From positions 919 through 64,918 of the forward strand of contig JAZDEZ010000008.1 in NCBI GenBank assembly GCA_043808365.1: a stretch of DNA of 64,000 nt, read 5' to 3'. This DNA comes from Patescibacteria group bacterium (GTDB lineage Bacteria > Patescibacteriota > Patescibacteriia > UBA10025 > JAHIVO01). Below the pieces are notes generated by a model. That model was not told the DNA's origin and ran no database searches. It worked only from the letters and a program-made list of their open reading frames with translations. A program made the translations under genes and the position numbers. How positions within the stretch are numbered: position 1 is the first letter of the stretch; every line of letters begins with the position of its first letter. Shown one piece after another: positions 8,989 to 19,295 of this stretch.

Positions 8989-9017
8989 TTGACAAAATAC
9001 ATTTTTTCTACTAGTAT
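8989..9017 (+). promoter_or_regulatory. Sigma70-like promoter candidate for the 608-aa gene
   Basis: TTGACA (8989-8994), 17-nt spacer, TAGTAT (9012-9017). The -35 box abuts the right copy of the IS-flanking repeat. Confidence 0.4.
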
Positions 9018-9112
9018 TATACGTTCTATATAATTGAAATAATTGAACGTTATTTGATAAGTAAATAAATGTAAATAAACAATAAACACTTCAAGTAACT
9101 GAAGGAGGACGT

Positions 9113-10939
9113 ATGTCGTTCTTAATTGCACTTATCGTTTCGATCATTGGCACACTGCCAATGTTTCTGAAGAAGAAAGTGGCGGCTGGCGGGATCACCT
9201 TGGTGATTTCCACGCTACTGTATTGGTGGATTATTTGGGGCGCTTTACCATCTTCCGTCTGGCCGCTCTTTGGCTGGTATGGGGCGATGGTGTTGCTGCT
9301 CTGGATCCTCAGCGCAATAGTTTGTGCCATCGACGGGTACGACATGGATCTGAATTGGACCTCGGTCCCGCCGATTCTCGGCATTGTGCTGTACGTGGTA
9401 TTTTTCGTAGCAACAAGCGGAATATTCCGCTCTAGTGACTACGCCAAAATGATCGGTACTGTCGATGACCGGGTCTGGACCCAGGATGTCCAACCGAAAG
9501 ACCCGCGCCACATTCGGCTCGTTCCCCAGGAACTCGCTGAATGGCTCGCCGACAAACAAATCGGTGACGCTCCCGGCGCACTCGGCAGCCAGTTCCACGT
9601 CAGCAAGAGCCACATGACACTGCAGATGGTTCGGGGGGAACTCTGGTACGTCGCTCCACTTGAGTTCAATGGATTCACCGTTTGGACTGACGCCGACGTA
9701 TCGCCGGGCTACGTCATGGTGCTCGCTGAAGACCCATACCAACCGGTACAGCTCAAGCTTGACCACAAGTACGAGTACATGACCGAGGCCTGCTTCTCAA
9801 AAAATCTGCAACGGCACCTTTGGAACAACGGATACCGCTCGCAGGGTCTCACTGACTACTCGTTTGAAGTGAATGATAGCGGTGTCGCCAAGTGGGTAGT
9901 ATCGGTATTCGAGCCGACCATCGGATTCTCTGGCTGCAGAATTAAGGGTGTAGCCACCGTTGATCCGACTACCGGCGAAATTGTCTTCTACAAGCTCGGC
10001 GAGGTTCCTTCGTGGATCGACCGTGTCATCCCGAAAAGATTCATCGAGAGCTACATTGACTGGTGGGGTGAGTACCAGAATGGCTGGTGGAACAGCGTCT
10101 GGGGTAAAAAAGACCTGATCGAAGGCGAGAACGCCACCATCAACTACGGTTCAGACGGGGAGCCCTACTGGGTTACCACACTGACCTCCACTTCATCGAC
10201 TGACGAATCAATGGTTGGTCTCGTCTATACCGATTCTCGGACTGGCCGCTCGATTCGCTACAAAGCGACAGGCGGCACAGAAGCGGGAGTGCTGCAGGCA
10301 GTCGACAATAAAGTCGTCTACCGCAAATTCCATGGTTCTGGTCCGGTGCTGTACAATATCCATGGTACCATGGCTAGTATCGTTCCGCTGCTTGGCGAAA
10401 ACCACACTTACCAAGGAGTGGCCATTGTCCAGGTAGACAATATGTCCGTGGTGGCAATCGGTACTGACCAGTATGTCGCGCTCCGCGACTACCAGAAACA
10501 GCTCGCCTTGAGTGGTCAACAGATTACTGCCGAGCTTGCCTACCAGAGTGAATCAATCCGCGGGATGGTAGCTCGATTCTCCTTTGAAGTGAAGGGTGAT
10601 GAGACTAACTACTACCTACTGCTGAGCGGCGGAAAGCAGGTCTTTACCGCGGTGAGCGAATTGTCTCCGAAGCTCCCGCTGACGGCAGCCGGAGATCAGG
10701 TGGTCATTGAGTACATCGGATCAGATGAGTCGGTGGTTTCCATGACTGCCTTTGACAACACCTCTCTGCCGCTTCTGGTTTCACGGAATCAGGCCGAGCT
10801 CAACGATCGCGTCAGCGAACGCAAACACGGCGAACAACAAACCCGCGAGCTTGAATCAGCGCGCGGTAACGTCGAAAACATGAGTGATGAGGAAATCCAA
10901 GAACTCCTCAAGCTCAAGGCAAAGAAAGAAGGCAAGTAG
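9113..10939 (+). CDS. Polytopic membrane protein with a large extracytoplasmic domain and a C-terminal coiled coil (unknown function)
   Basis: 608 aa. Strong SD (GGAGGA) 6 nt upstream. About 4 N-terminal TM helices. Charged C-terminal tail ...EEIQELLKLKAKKEGK. Confidence 0.8.
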   Translation: MSFLIALIVSIIGTLPMFLKKKVAAGGITLVISTLLYWWIIWGALPSSVWPLFGWYGAMVLLLWILSAIVCAIDGYDMDLNWTSVPPILGIVLYVVFFVATSGIFRSSDYAKMIGTVDDRVWTQDVQPKDPRHIRLVPQELAEWLADKQIGDAPGALGSQFHVSKSHMTLQMVRGELWYVAPLEFNGFTVWTDADVSPGYVMVLAEDPYQPVQLKLDHKYEYMTEACFSKNLQRHLWNNGYRSQGLTDYSFEVNDSGVAKWVVSVFEPTIGFSGCRIKGVATVDPTTGEIVFYKLGEVPSWIDRVIPKRFIESYIDWWGEYQNGWWNSVWGKKDLIEGENATINYGSDGEPYWVTTLTSTSSTDESMVGLVYTDSRTGRSIRYKATGGTEAGVLQAVDNKVVYRKFHGSGPVLYNIHGTMASIVPLLGENHTYQGVAIVQVDNMSVVAIGTDQYVALRDYQKQLALSGQQITAELAYQSESIRGMVARFSFEVKGDETNYYLLLSGGKQVFTAVSELSPKLPLTAAGDQVVIEYIGSDESVVSMTAFDNTSLPLLVSRNQAELNDRVSERKHGEQQTRELESARGNVENMSDEEIQELLKLKAKKEGK

Positions 10940-10970
10940 CAATAGCTCTTTACGGTCATTAAAGATATTT

Positions 10971-10999
10971 AAAGAGAGTCTGACCAACTCTCTTTTTTT
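10971..10999 (+). terminator. Rho-independent terminator after the 608-aa gene
   Basis: GAGAGT-ctgacca-ACTCTC followed by T7. A second 9-bp hairpin ACCGCTTAA/TTAAGCGGT lies at 11010-11037. Confidence 0.7.
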
Positions 11000-11058
11000 A
11001 TTATAAAAAACCGCTTAAAGGTTTCCCCTTAAGCGGTCTGTTTTGAAAAGATCGTTAA

Positions 11059-11190
11059 TTATTCTTTGGTTTCTGATGGCTGTACCGCGACCGTCATTCT
11101 AGCTCGGCGCTCAGCGATCCGCTGCTTGGCCTGCGCCTCAACCACGCCGACGTCCAGCTTGTCAGTTATCTTCCCGAGCGCCCGTTCCAT
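11059..11190 (-). CDS. Possible small ORF (43 aa), not in the ORF track
   Basis: MERALGKITDKLDVGVVEAQAKQRIAERRARMTVAVQPSETKE. Followed on its strand by the 11010-11037 hairpin plus a T-run. The RBS is weak. Confidence 0.25.
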   Translation of the reverse strand: MERALGKITDKLDVGVVEAQAKQRIAERRARMTVAVQPSETKE

Positions 11191-11450
11191 GCGCCACCGT
11201 GCACTGAGTACAAAACAGCCCTTGCCTCGACATTGGCTGTTTTTTATTCCTTGATCCTCACCTTACCTTAGGGGGACGGAGGAGAGCTTAACGCAACACA
11301 TCAATAACGTAACTGCATAAAACTTTTTCCGCCATGCCACGAATTGACAAAAAATATCGTACCAAGTAAGATACAGGCGATAACCGATCTTGGAAAAAAG
11401 ATCATTACCAAAAAATGCCCGACCGGGCTCCTGGATACAGGAGGAATACG

Positions 11451-11843
11451 ATGAATGACAAAATCACGGTATCGACGTTGATTATGGGATCAAACCGGAT
11501 CAATGAGATGAGGTCTCAGATACAAAGGCTCGTTTCAGTGACATTGAGCCTCATCTGCAATGAAGACCTGAAAGGTCGAAAATTTGCGGAAGAAATTTTT
11601 AAATTCACTGAGGATGGGTTGGTTTGGCAGCTGATTCACTACAATAAGAGTCTGTCGTGCCAGATACGTCATGAAAATAGCCGGTACGAGGATGCAAGAC
11701 TAAACCAATATGAAGTTGATAGCCCGTACTGGCTTATCAAACAAATCCACGCCGGCCTGGAACGCTTCTTGTCGGAAATGATAGCGCACTTTCCCCAACT
11801 CAAAGAGAGGGTTGCTCCATTTATCGAAGTGGCCGCATCCTGA
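11451..11843 (+). CDS. Hypothetical cytoplasmic protein
   Basis: The track ORF starts at 11415. ATG 11451 (MNDKITV...) is preceded by AGGAGG at the correct spacing, giving 130 aa. No family recognised. Confidence 0.6.
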   Translation: MNDKITVSTLIMGSNRINEMRSQIQRLVSVTLSLICNEDLKGRKFAEEIFKFTEDGLVWQLIHYNKSLSCQIRHENSRYEDARLNQYEVDSPYWLIKQIHAGLERFLSEMIAHFPQLKERVAPFIEVAAS

Positions 11844-11866
11844 TCATCAGTTGTTCGGCGCCTTTA

Positions 11867-11895
11867 CCCCCCGCTCCAGCAATGAAGCGGGGTTT

Positions 11896-11898
<3 letters not shown>
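11867..11898. terminator. Bidirectional terminator between the 130-aa gene and ligA
   Basis: CCCCGCT-ccagcaatga-AGCGGGG followed by T5. Confidence 0.6.
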
Positions 11899-13935
<2,037 letters not shown>

Positions 13936-14004
13936 TCAAAACGAAAAAAAATTTTGGAATGTATTTTATATATTTTATCTTTGATTTTTTATATCTAAAC
14001 TTAA

Positions 14005-15327
14005 CTATGTCGGGCAATCAGGAAAAATCTTATAACTACTGATCTGGTACCAGTCGACCTGCAACTGCTGCCCGGTTGTTGTTAAATTCTTGAATATGAC
14101 GCTGCGGCCGACAGTCCCGCTGCCGAGAGAGAACGGCTCTGGAATCGTGCATGTTTTCCATGTACCGGAGCTTGACGGGTTGAACGTAAACCCGACTTCC
14201 CCCTCTGCCGGATCAGAAATAGTCACCTCAGCGCTGGTGCTGGCGCTGTTGACGCGAACACTGATATACAATTCCTGTGCCGCGGTAACGCTTGAGGGAA
14301 TTGGCAGCGTAAAATAATTATTGGCCGCGGCCGCGGCACAATAAAATGGCGATCCCGACGTGCAACTCGTACCGGCCGTGCACGCACTGGCCGACCATCC
14401 GACTGCCTGACAGGTAGCACAATCCGCGCAATCCGCGCTGGCATTCGCTTCCACCTGAATCACGCCGGATGAATATATAGCCCTGCTAAGGATAATATCT
14501 TTCGACAATTCCCCTTCGCTGAACAGCACGTAGTCATACAGGCCGGATAACGGCAATCGCCAAGGGACAGTGGCGGTGAGCGCCTGTTTGAATGTATTGC
14601 GCTTGCCGACTGATTTGATAATAACCTGGGATGGTAAAACAGTAACCTCTGTCCCGCTATTAGAGGGGAAAACCGATAAGCCTGTTATCGGCCCAAATAA
14701 TGCCCGCACCCGCAACCGGTACCCGACCGGTGTTATTCCGGCGGTATAGACATTAGCCAAATTAATCGTCCAGCCGTTGGACAAATCCGTGGGACCAATA
14801 ATTTTCTTCGCATCGACTGAAGTAGCCAATAGCCCCGTAGCATCCCACCCGATCCAGGATACCTCGGCCCAGGAATCCGGGTTATTGCCGCTGTTTGAAA
14901 CAAGGACCTGATTAACAATTCGGTCGTCGTCCGGATCTAAGGGATTGTCCACGTCATAATAATCAGCCTGGACCATTTCATTTTCAGTTAAGGCTCTATT
15001 GATAATTAATGAGGTTCCAGAAACAGTCTGGTCATTGGCATATGACGCATTATTGGACGTAAAGTTGGCCGCATACGCAGCCACCAGGGACACGGTATTC
15101 GTGAGTGACATGACGCCCTCATCTCTTTTTACCTTCACGCCATACAGCCCTTTTTCTATGCCCGATTCCGCCGCGTAATACGCCAGCGTCCCGTCAGTGG
15201 ACGAACTGGTCAGCTTGAGCTCATTGATAATTACCAAAGATACAGTCAAGGCGATGGCCGTTAAAAGTCCGATGACCAAGAGGGCATAGATCAGGACCAC
15301 GCCTTGGTTGTGGCGTCGGTTAATCAT
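14005..15327 (-). CDS. PilX-like pilus-associated protein with a Cys-rich C-terminal domain
   Basis: N-terminus MINRRHNQGVVLIYALLVIGLLTAIAL resembles the PilX_N hydrophobic segment. The track start is 15351; ATG 15327 overlaps the upstream stop by 8 nt. The C-terminal part carries CADCATC..C..C..C. Confidence 0.65.
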   Translation of the reverse strand: MINRRHNQGVVLIYALLVIGLLTAIALTVSLVIINELKLTSSSTDGTLAYYAAESGIEKGLYGVKVKRDEGVMSLTNTVSLVAAYAANFTSNNASYANDQTVSGTSLIINRALTENEMVQADYYDVDNPLDPDDDRIVNQVLVSNSGNNPDSWAEVSWIGWDATGLLATSVDAKKIIGPTDLSNGWTINLANVYTAGITPVGYRLRVRALFGPITGLSVFPSNSGTEVTVLPSQVIIKSVGKRNTFKQALTATVPWRLPLSGLYDYVLFSEGELSKDIILSRAIYSSGVIQVEANASADCADCATCQAVGWSASACTAGTSCTSGSPFYCAAAAANNYFTLPIPSSVTAAQELYISVRVNSASTSAEVTISDPAEGEVGFTFNPSSSGTWKTCTIPEPFSLGSGTVGRSVIFKNLTTTGQQLQVDWYQISSYKIFPDCPT

Positions 15328-16060
15328 GGTAAGTATTTTTAACCTGGCCAAGGATCAGGCGGCTCGAGACAATGCTCTGGAGATTCAGGGTTCGGGACAC
15401 AACCGGTAAGCTTGGGTCATCCGCGACCGACTGGATGATTATACGAACCTTAGGCTGGAAATGCTGGCCGTCTGTAAAGTAAACACAATTTGAACCGGGG
15501 CTTGGACATGAATAGCCATAAACATTCTGGCATCCCAACTTTCCCGCAGTCGCACAAAGAGTCGGCGTAATACCTGTAAACGGGTCAGCTGTCGGAGTAA
15601 TGACAAATCGCAGATCCTCAATAGATACGCCGTTTGGCGTTAAATCATTCCACCCACCACCAGTATCTAGGTCACATTCATTCAGAGTAACCTCTTTACA
15701 GTACTGCATCCTCTGATTGGCTGAGTCCCAACGATAAAAAATATCCTGGTTTGCTTGGTTGATCAGGGCTAGAATCCTCACGGGTTGGGTATCAGCGCTC
15801 GGATGTAAATCAACGCCATTTGAAATGTCGGAATAAAAATCATAATTGATCCGCCCGAGCCTAATGTCCTGGGCCATGACTTCCATCATATAACGCACGT
15901 CATCCTGGATCTTTTGCGCGGCGGCGACTTTCCTCTGAGACCGGTTGATGATGACGAAAACGTTGGTGGCAATCAACAAAATCAAGACAAAAATCGAGAG
16001 CGCGATAATCATCTCGATTAGCGTGAAGCCTTTTTTGTTATTTATGGATTGGCGGCGCAT
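15320..16060 (-). CDS. Type IV minor pilin (PilW-like), prepilin-type N-terminal methylation domain
   Basis: MRRQSINNKKGFTLIEMIIALSIFVLILLIA, the canonical G/FTLIE prepilin motif. Confidence 0.85.
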   Translation of the reverse strand: MRRQSINNKKGFTLIEMIIALSIFVLILLIATNVFVIINRSQRKVAAAQKIQDDVRYMMEVMAQDIRLGRINYDFYSDISNGVDLHPSADTQPVRILALINQANQDIFYRWDSANQRMQYCKEVTLNECDLDTGGGWNDLTPNGVSIEDLRFVITPTADPFTGITPTLCATAGKLGCQNVYGYSCPSPGSNCVYFTDGQHFQPKVRIIIQSVADDPSLPVVSRTLNLQSIVSSRLILGQVKNTYHD

Positions 16061-16204
16061 GTTACAAAATCAAAGTTTAAATATCAAAAATTAAATATTT
16101 AGCTTAATAATTATTCCGAATATTTTTAATTTTTTCATTTTGATATTTTATTTATCATCGCTTGCTTTATGCTATTTGATATTTGAAATTTTCAATTTGA
16201 TTTG
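16061..16204. repeat. AT-rich inverted heptamer arrays (TCAA units, then TTGA units)
   Basis: Left part: AAAATCA AAGTTTA AATATCA AAAATTA. Right part: TTTGATA TTTGAAA TTTTCAA TTTGATT, with TTGA ends at 16179, 16186 and 16200 (7-nt register). Located in the intercistronic spacer of the pilin operon. Confidence 0.55.
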
Positions 16205-16810
16205 TCATAACACCTGCCAGTTATACAAACGGTCCTCGATCGTGACGTGCTTGGTAGAGCTTGATGATGGCCAGCGGACTTCAGCCACGACGCGAATGCC
16301 TACTTTGGCATAATCGGTCCCTGTGCCAAAAGACGCGCAATCCTCATCTACCCCGACAGCTACAATTTGTTCATCCCCATCAGAATCTTTTCGACAGATT
16401 GGATTTAAATACACTAACCGATAAAACTGCGTATCATTACCGCTGGCACTGGCTCCTTGCAGATATTCTGCGCCTGACTGCTTTATCACCGTAAAGCCAT
16501 TATCACTGAAATTGAGGGATAACGGATTCGTCCCGTCTACCACGAGCGTGGCCGTATTATCGGTTCCGCTGGTCAGCCCGCTGTCCCAATCCAAAGTCGC
16601 CGTCGCCGCCCAATTGCTGTCGCGGATGTTGCGCGCCAATTCAACCGCTTCACGGGCCAGGCTGGTGCCGATCAGCTTGTTGGTGCTCTCGCGGCCGGCT
16701 TTGATGCTGGCCACGATCAAGGCGATAGTCGTAACCAAAGCCACCACCAGTATGCTGATGGCGATCAGCACTTCGAGCAATGTTTGTCCTTTGGTAGTTA
16801 TTTTTTTCAT
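16205..16810 (-). CDS. Type IV minor pilin (PilV-like)
   Basis: Real start ATG 16810 gives MKKITTKGQTLLEVLIAISILVVALV (prepilin motif G/QTLLE). The 27 upstream codons of the track ORF overlap the preceding gene. Confidence 0.8.
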   Translation of the reverse strand: MKKITTKGQTLLEVLIAISILVVALVTTIALIVASIKAGRESTNKLIGTSLAREAVELARNIRDSNWAATATLDWDSGLTSGTDNTATLVVDGTNPLSLNFSDNGFTVIKQSGAEYLQGASASGNDTQFYRLVYLNPICRKDSDGDEQIVAVGVDEDCASFGTGTDYAKVGIRVVAEVRWPSSSSTKHVTIEDRLYNWQVL

Positions 16811-16811
16811 A

Positions 16812-17495
16812 TTATGGCGTACAGCTCCCCTGGCTCTCGCTGACCTGTCCTGATAGCAAATTAACAGACACCCGGCGGCAAAAGTCAGCAATATGCGTGC
16901 TCTTCACGACGATATCAAGATTTGTATAGTCGGTATTGAGTGAATTATTAATATACAATTTCGCCGTACCTTCCGGCGGACTGAATAATACTGACACAGG
17001 AACAGTGGCAGGATCATATGTCGTTTCCGAAGAAGGGGAATAGACTTTGTACCCGGTAATGTAAATATTATCAGATGTATTGTCCTGGTGAATCACCTGA
17101 TAATCAACTGACGTGTTCAATATGCCATCCGGTTCCGTATCGCCGAAAATCTGATAATTGTCCTGGCTCCCGATATAAATCCCGTATCCATTTGTCGGAG
17201 TGGTATTTTTACATTCTCCCGGCGTCCCGCAATTTGGCGTTGCCACCAAACATGACCCATACTCATTGGCAGTTGAACCGCCCTGGCAATAACTGATGCT
17301 GTTACCGGCGATCGTGTAACTTTGCGCCAGACGGATATCCTGCAACAGCTTCGTGGCCGCGCTCCTCAGTTCCGTCGACCGGCGGCCAGCCTGGAAATTC
17401 ACTAAAACCAGCGTGGTCATTAACCCGATAATCGCCATGACTACGAGCAATTCCGCGATGGTAAAGCCTTTTTGATGACGTAAAAATCCAATCAT
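16812..17495 (-). CDS. Type IV pilin-like protein (FimT/GspH-like)
   Basis: Real start ATG 17495 gives MIGFLRHQKGFTIAELLVVMAIIGLM. It forms an ATGA overlap with the pilD stop. The track ORF (to 17741) is an N-terminal over-extension inside pilD. Confidence 0.8.
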   Translation of the reverse strand: MIGFLRHQKGFTIAELLVVMAIIGLMTTLVLVNFQAGRRSTELRSAATKLLQDIRLAQSYTIAGNSISYCQGGSTANEYGSCLVATPNCGTPGECKNTTPTNGYGIYIGSQDNYQIFGDTEPDGILNTSVDYQVIHQDNTSDNIYITGYKVYSPSSETTYDPATVPVSVLFSPPEGTAKLYINNSLNTDYTNLDIVVKSTHIADFCRRVSVNLLSGQVSESQGSCTP

Positions 17496-18274
17496 AAGGT
17501 CAGGATGCTTTGGTAATAGCTGACGACCGCCGTCCCGATGAAAAACGCCGCAAACGTAGCCACCGCCAAAAAAGTGCCGAAGGGCACCTGGCTCTGCCAT
17601 TTTTTTCGGCGGGACAGCACCAAGAATATGCCGACGACTGATCCGATAAAATAAGCGGCTACCAGGGCGACCAGGACATGCGGCCACCCGAGCATCATGC
17701 CCATCAGGACGCCGAGCCGGATGTCGCCGCCGCCAATCCATTTCCCTCGGGAAACCAGGAATTGCAAGAGGAAAAATCCTCCGCCCGCCACCGCCCCGAC
17801 CAATAGGCTGGCCACGCTGATTTTCAGGACAACCGTGGACAAGATTATGGCTAAAACAATGGCCGGGACGCTCACCTTGTCCAATATCAAGTAATATTTC
17901 AGGTCAAAAACAAAAATGAGCATCAAGATGCCCGCGTATGCCAGGTAAACAAAAAAAGCCGGCGCCAAACCGAACTGCCAGTACAATAATGTAAAGGCGA
18001 TGGACATCGCTGCCTCTACCAACGGATACTGCCATGAAATAGGCTTTTGGCAGTACCGGCAGCGTCCTTTGAGTAATAAGAAACTTATTAACGGCAGTAA
18101 ATCTTTGGCCGCCAAATTATGCTTGCAATGAGGGCAGTATGAGCGCCCCCGCGTGAATGACACGCCGACGTGGAGACGGTAAATGACGGCGTTCAAAAAA
18201 CTGCCGACTACCAAGCCCAAAATTGCCACGAGAAAAGTTATCATAACGGCGTTAATTATACCAAAAAATGGCAA
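17492..18274 (-). CDS. pilD: Prepilin peptidase / N-methyltransferase (A24 family)
   Basis: 260 aa. Zn-binding CPHC...CRYC N-terminal region, polytopic, GGGDIRLG aspartyl-protease motif. Confidence 0.9.
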   Translation of the reverse strand: MPFFGIINAVMITFLVAILGLVVGSFLNAVIYRLHVGVSFTRGRSYCPHCKHNLAAKDLLPLISFLLLKGRCRYCQKPISWQYPLVEAAMSIAFTLLYWQFGLAPAFFVYLAYAGILMLIFVFDLKYYLILDKVSVPAIVLAIILSTVVLKISVASLLVGAVAGGGFFLLQFLVSRGKWIGGGDIRLGVLMGMMLGWPHVLVALVAAYFIGSVVGIFLVLSRRKKWQSQVPFGTFLAVATFAAFFIGTAVVSYYQSILTL

Positions 18275-18321
18275 TTTATCAAAATGACCACATACCGTTA
18301 TGATAAGCTATTTTGGCCAAT

Positions 18322-18744
18322 TTATTTGATGCCATCCTGCGTCAGCAGGTGCCGGCCGGCCGGAAAATTTTCGTATGACTTTTCCAGGGTGAATGAAATC
18401 CCATAACCGTCATTCGTGGGCACGCTCACGACCTGATACTGGTATTCGCCGGGGTCTTTCATTTGGCCGATAGTCGGTATGTATGCCTGCAGGCTGCACT
18501 GGCTGACGAGCATCCCCGCCTTATCGCACCCTATCTGCGCGGCTGCCGCGTAGCTGGACGTATCGGCAAAGTTCAGCTCAAACGCCGCCTGGATCCGCGC
18601 CATATCCGACATGCGTTTGGCATCGCGGGACTTGGCCTTTTCCTCATTGAGCAATAAAAACGCCCCGCCGATGACCGCGCAAAAAATAATCACGACGATT
18701 ATTATTAATAATGCGGACAAGCCTTTTTGGTTATCGTGTGTCAT
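18322..18744 (-). CDS. Pilin-like protein with a non-canonical N-terminus
   Basis: 140 aa. QKG/LSALLIIIVV with no Phe+1 and no Glu+5, followed by the pilin-type helix KSRDAKRMSDMARIQAAFEL shared with the other pilins here. Confidence 0.6.
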   Translation of the reverse strand: MTHDNQKGLSALLIIIVVIIFCAVIGGAFLLLNEEKAKSRDAKRMSDMARIQAAFELNFADTSSYAAAAQIGCDKAGMLVSQCSLQAYIPTIGQMKDPGEYQYQVVSVPTNDGYGISFTLEKSYENFPAGRHLLTQDGIK

Positions 18745-18761
18745 ATATATAGTATTTTAAA

Positions 18762-19256
18762 TTACGGCATGGTCGGGCAATGGCCGCCTTCGCCATACAC
18801 GCCGGTTGAATAAAAATAAAACCACGGGCTGGATTGCTTCTCTTTGTGGAAACAGATCACATAGGCTCGATGGTTGACCTGTTCGCTTTGGTTGGTGTCG
18901 TAAAAATAATAAAAAGCCTGGGCCGCAGAATTAACCGGATCGACTAATAGCCGGCTGATGTACCCGGGATAGAGAGGGTTGCCTAAGGTGGAAAAAATCG
19001 TATTGGGCCCCGTGTCCGTACTCAAATCAGATCCCGCGCCTCCACCGGCCACTGGGATCGGATAGTGGTCATTGTCATCGAAATATAATGCCAGGGCTAA
19101 ACGCAATTGCGAAAGGTCGGAAATTCTCGTCGCGTCACGCGCCGCCTCTTTGGCGCCCCGAAGTTCTGATAAGCCCATCGTTACCAAAATGCCGATAATG
19201 GCCACAACCACCATTAATTCAATCAACGTATAACCGCGCACGCTATTCTTCCTCAT
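18762..19256 (-). CDS. Type IV pilin
   Basis: MRKNSVRGYTLIELMVVVAIIGILVTMG ... AKEAARDATRISDLSQLRLALALY. Confidence 0.85.
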   Translation of the reverse strand: MRKNSVRGYTLIELMVVVAIIGILVTMGLSELRGAKEAARDATRISDLSQLRLALALYFDDNDHYPIPVAGGGAGSDLSTDTGPNTIFSTLGNPLYPGYISRLLVDPVNSAAQAFYYFYDTNQSEQVNHRAYVICFHKEKQSSPWFYFYSTGVYGEGGHCPTMP

Positions 19257-19295
19257 ATGCCAACCAATTAATGACTTCCATTGTATTATACAATC

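Noticed and set aside
17492-17495. Alternative genetic code (UGA as Gly/Trp, as in some CPR-related lineages)
   Set aside because: TGA terminates pilD in a classic ATGA overlap, and also ends the 130-aa gene at 11841-11843. The long ORFs are intact under code 11.
16811-17741. N-terminal extensions of track ORFs. Affected regions: 16811-16891, 17496-17741, 21989-22045, 44292-44351, 56688-56765, 59552-59623 and 13918-13932.
   Set aside because: In each case an internal ATG gives a canonical N-terminus (a prepilin motif, a signal anchor, or a family-typical start). The extension overlaps the upstream gene, a REP or heptamer array, or a promoter.
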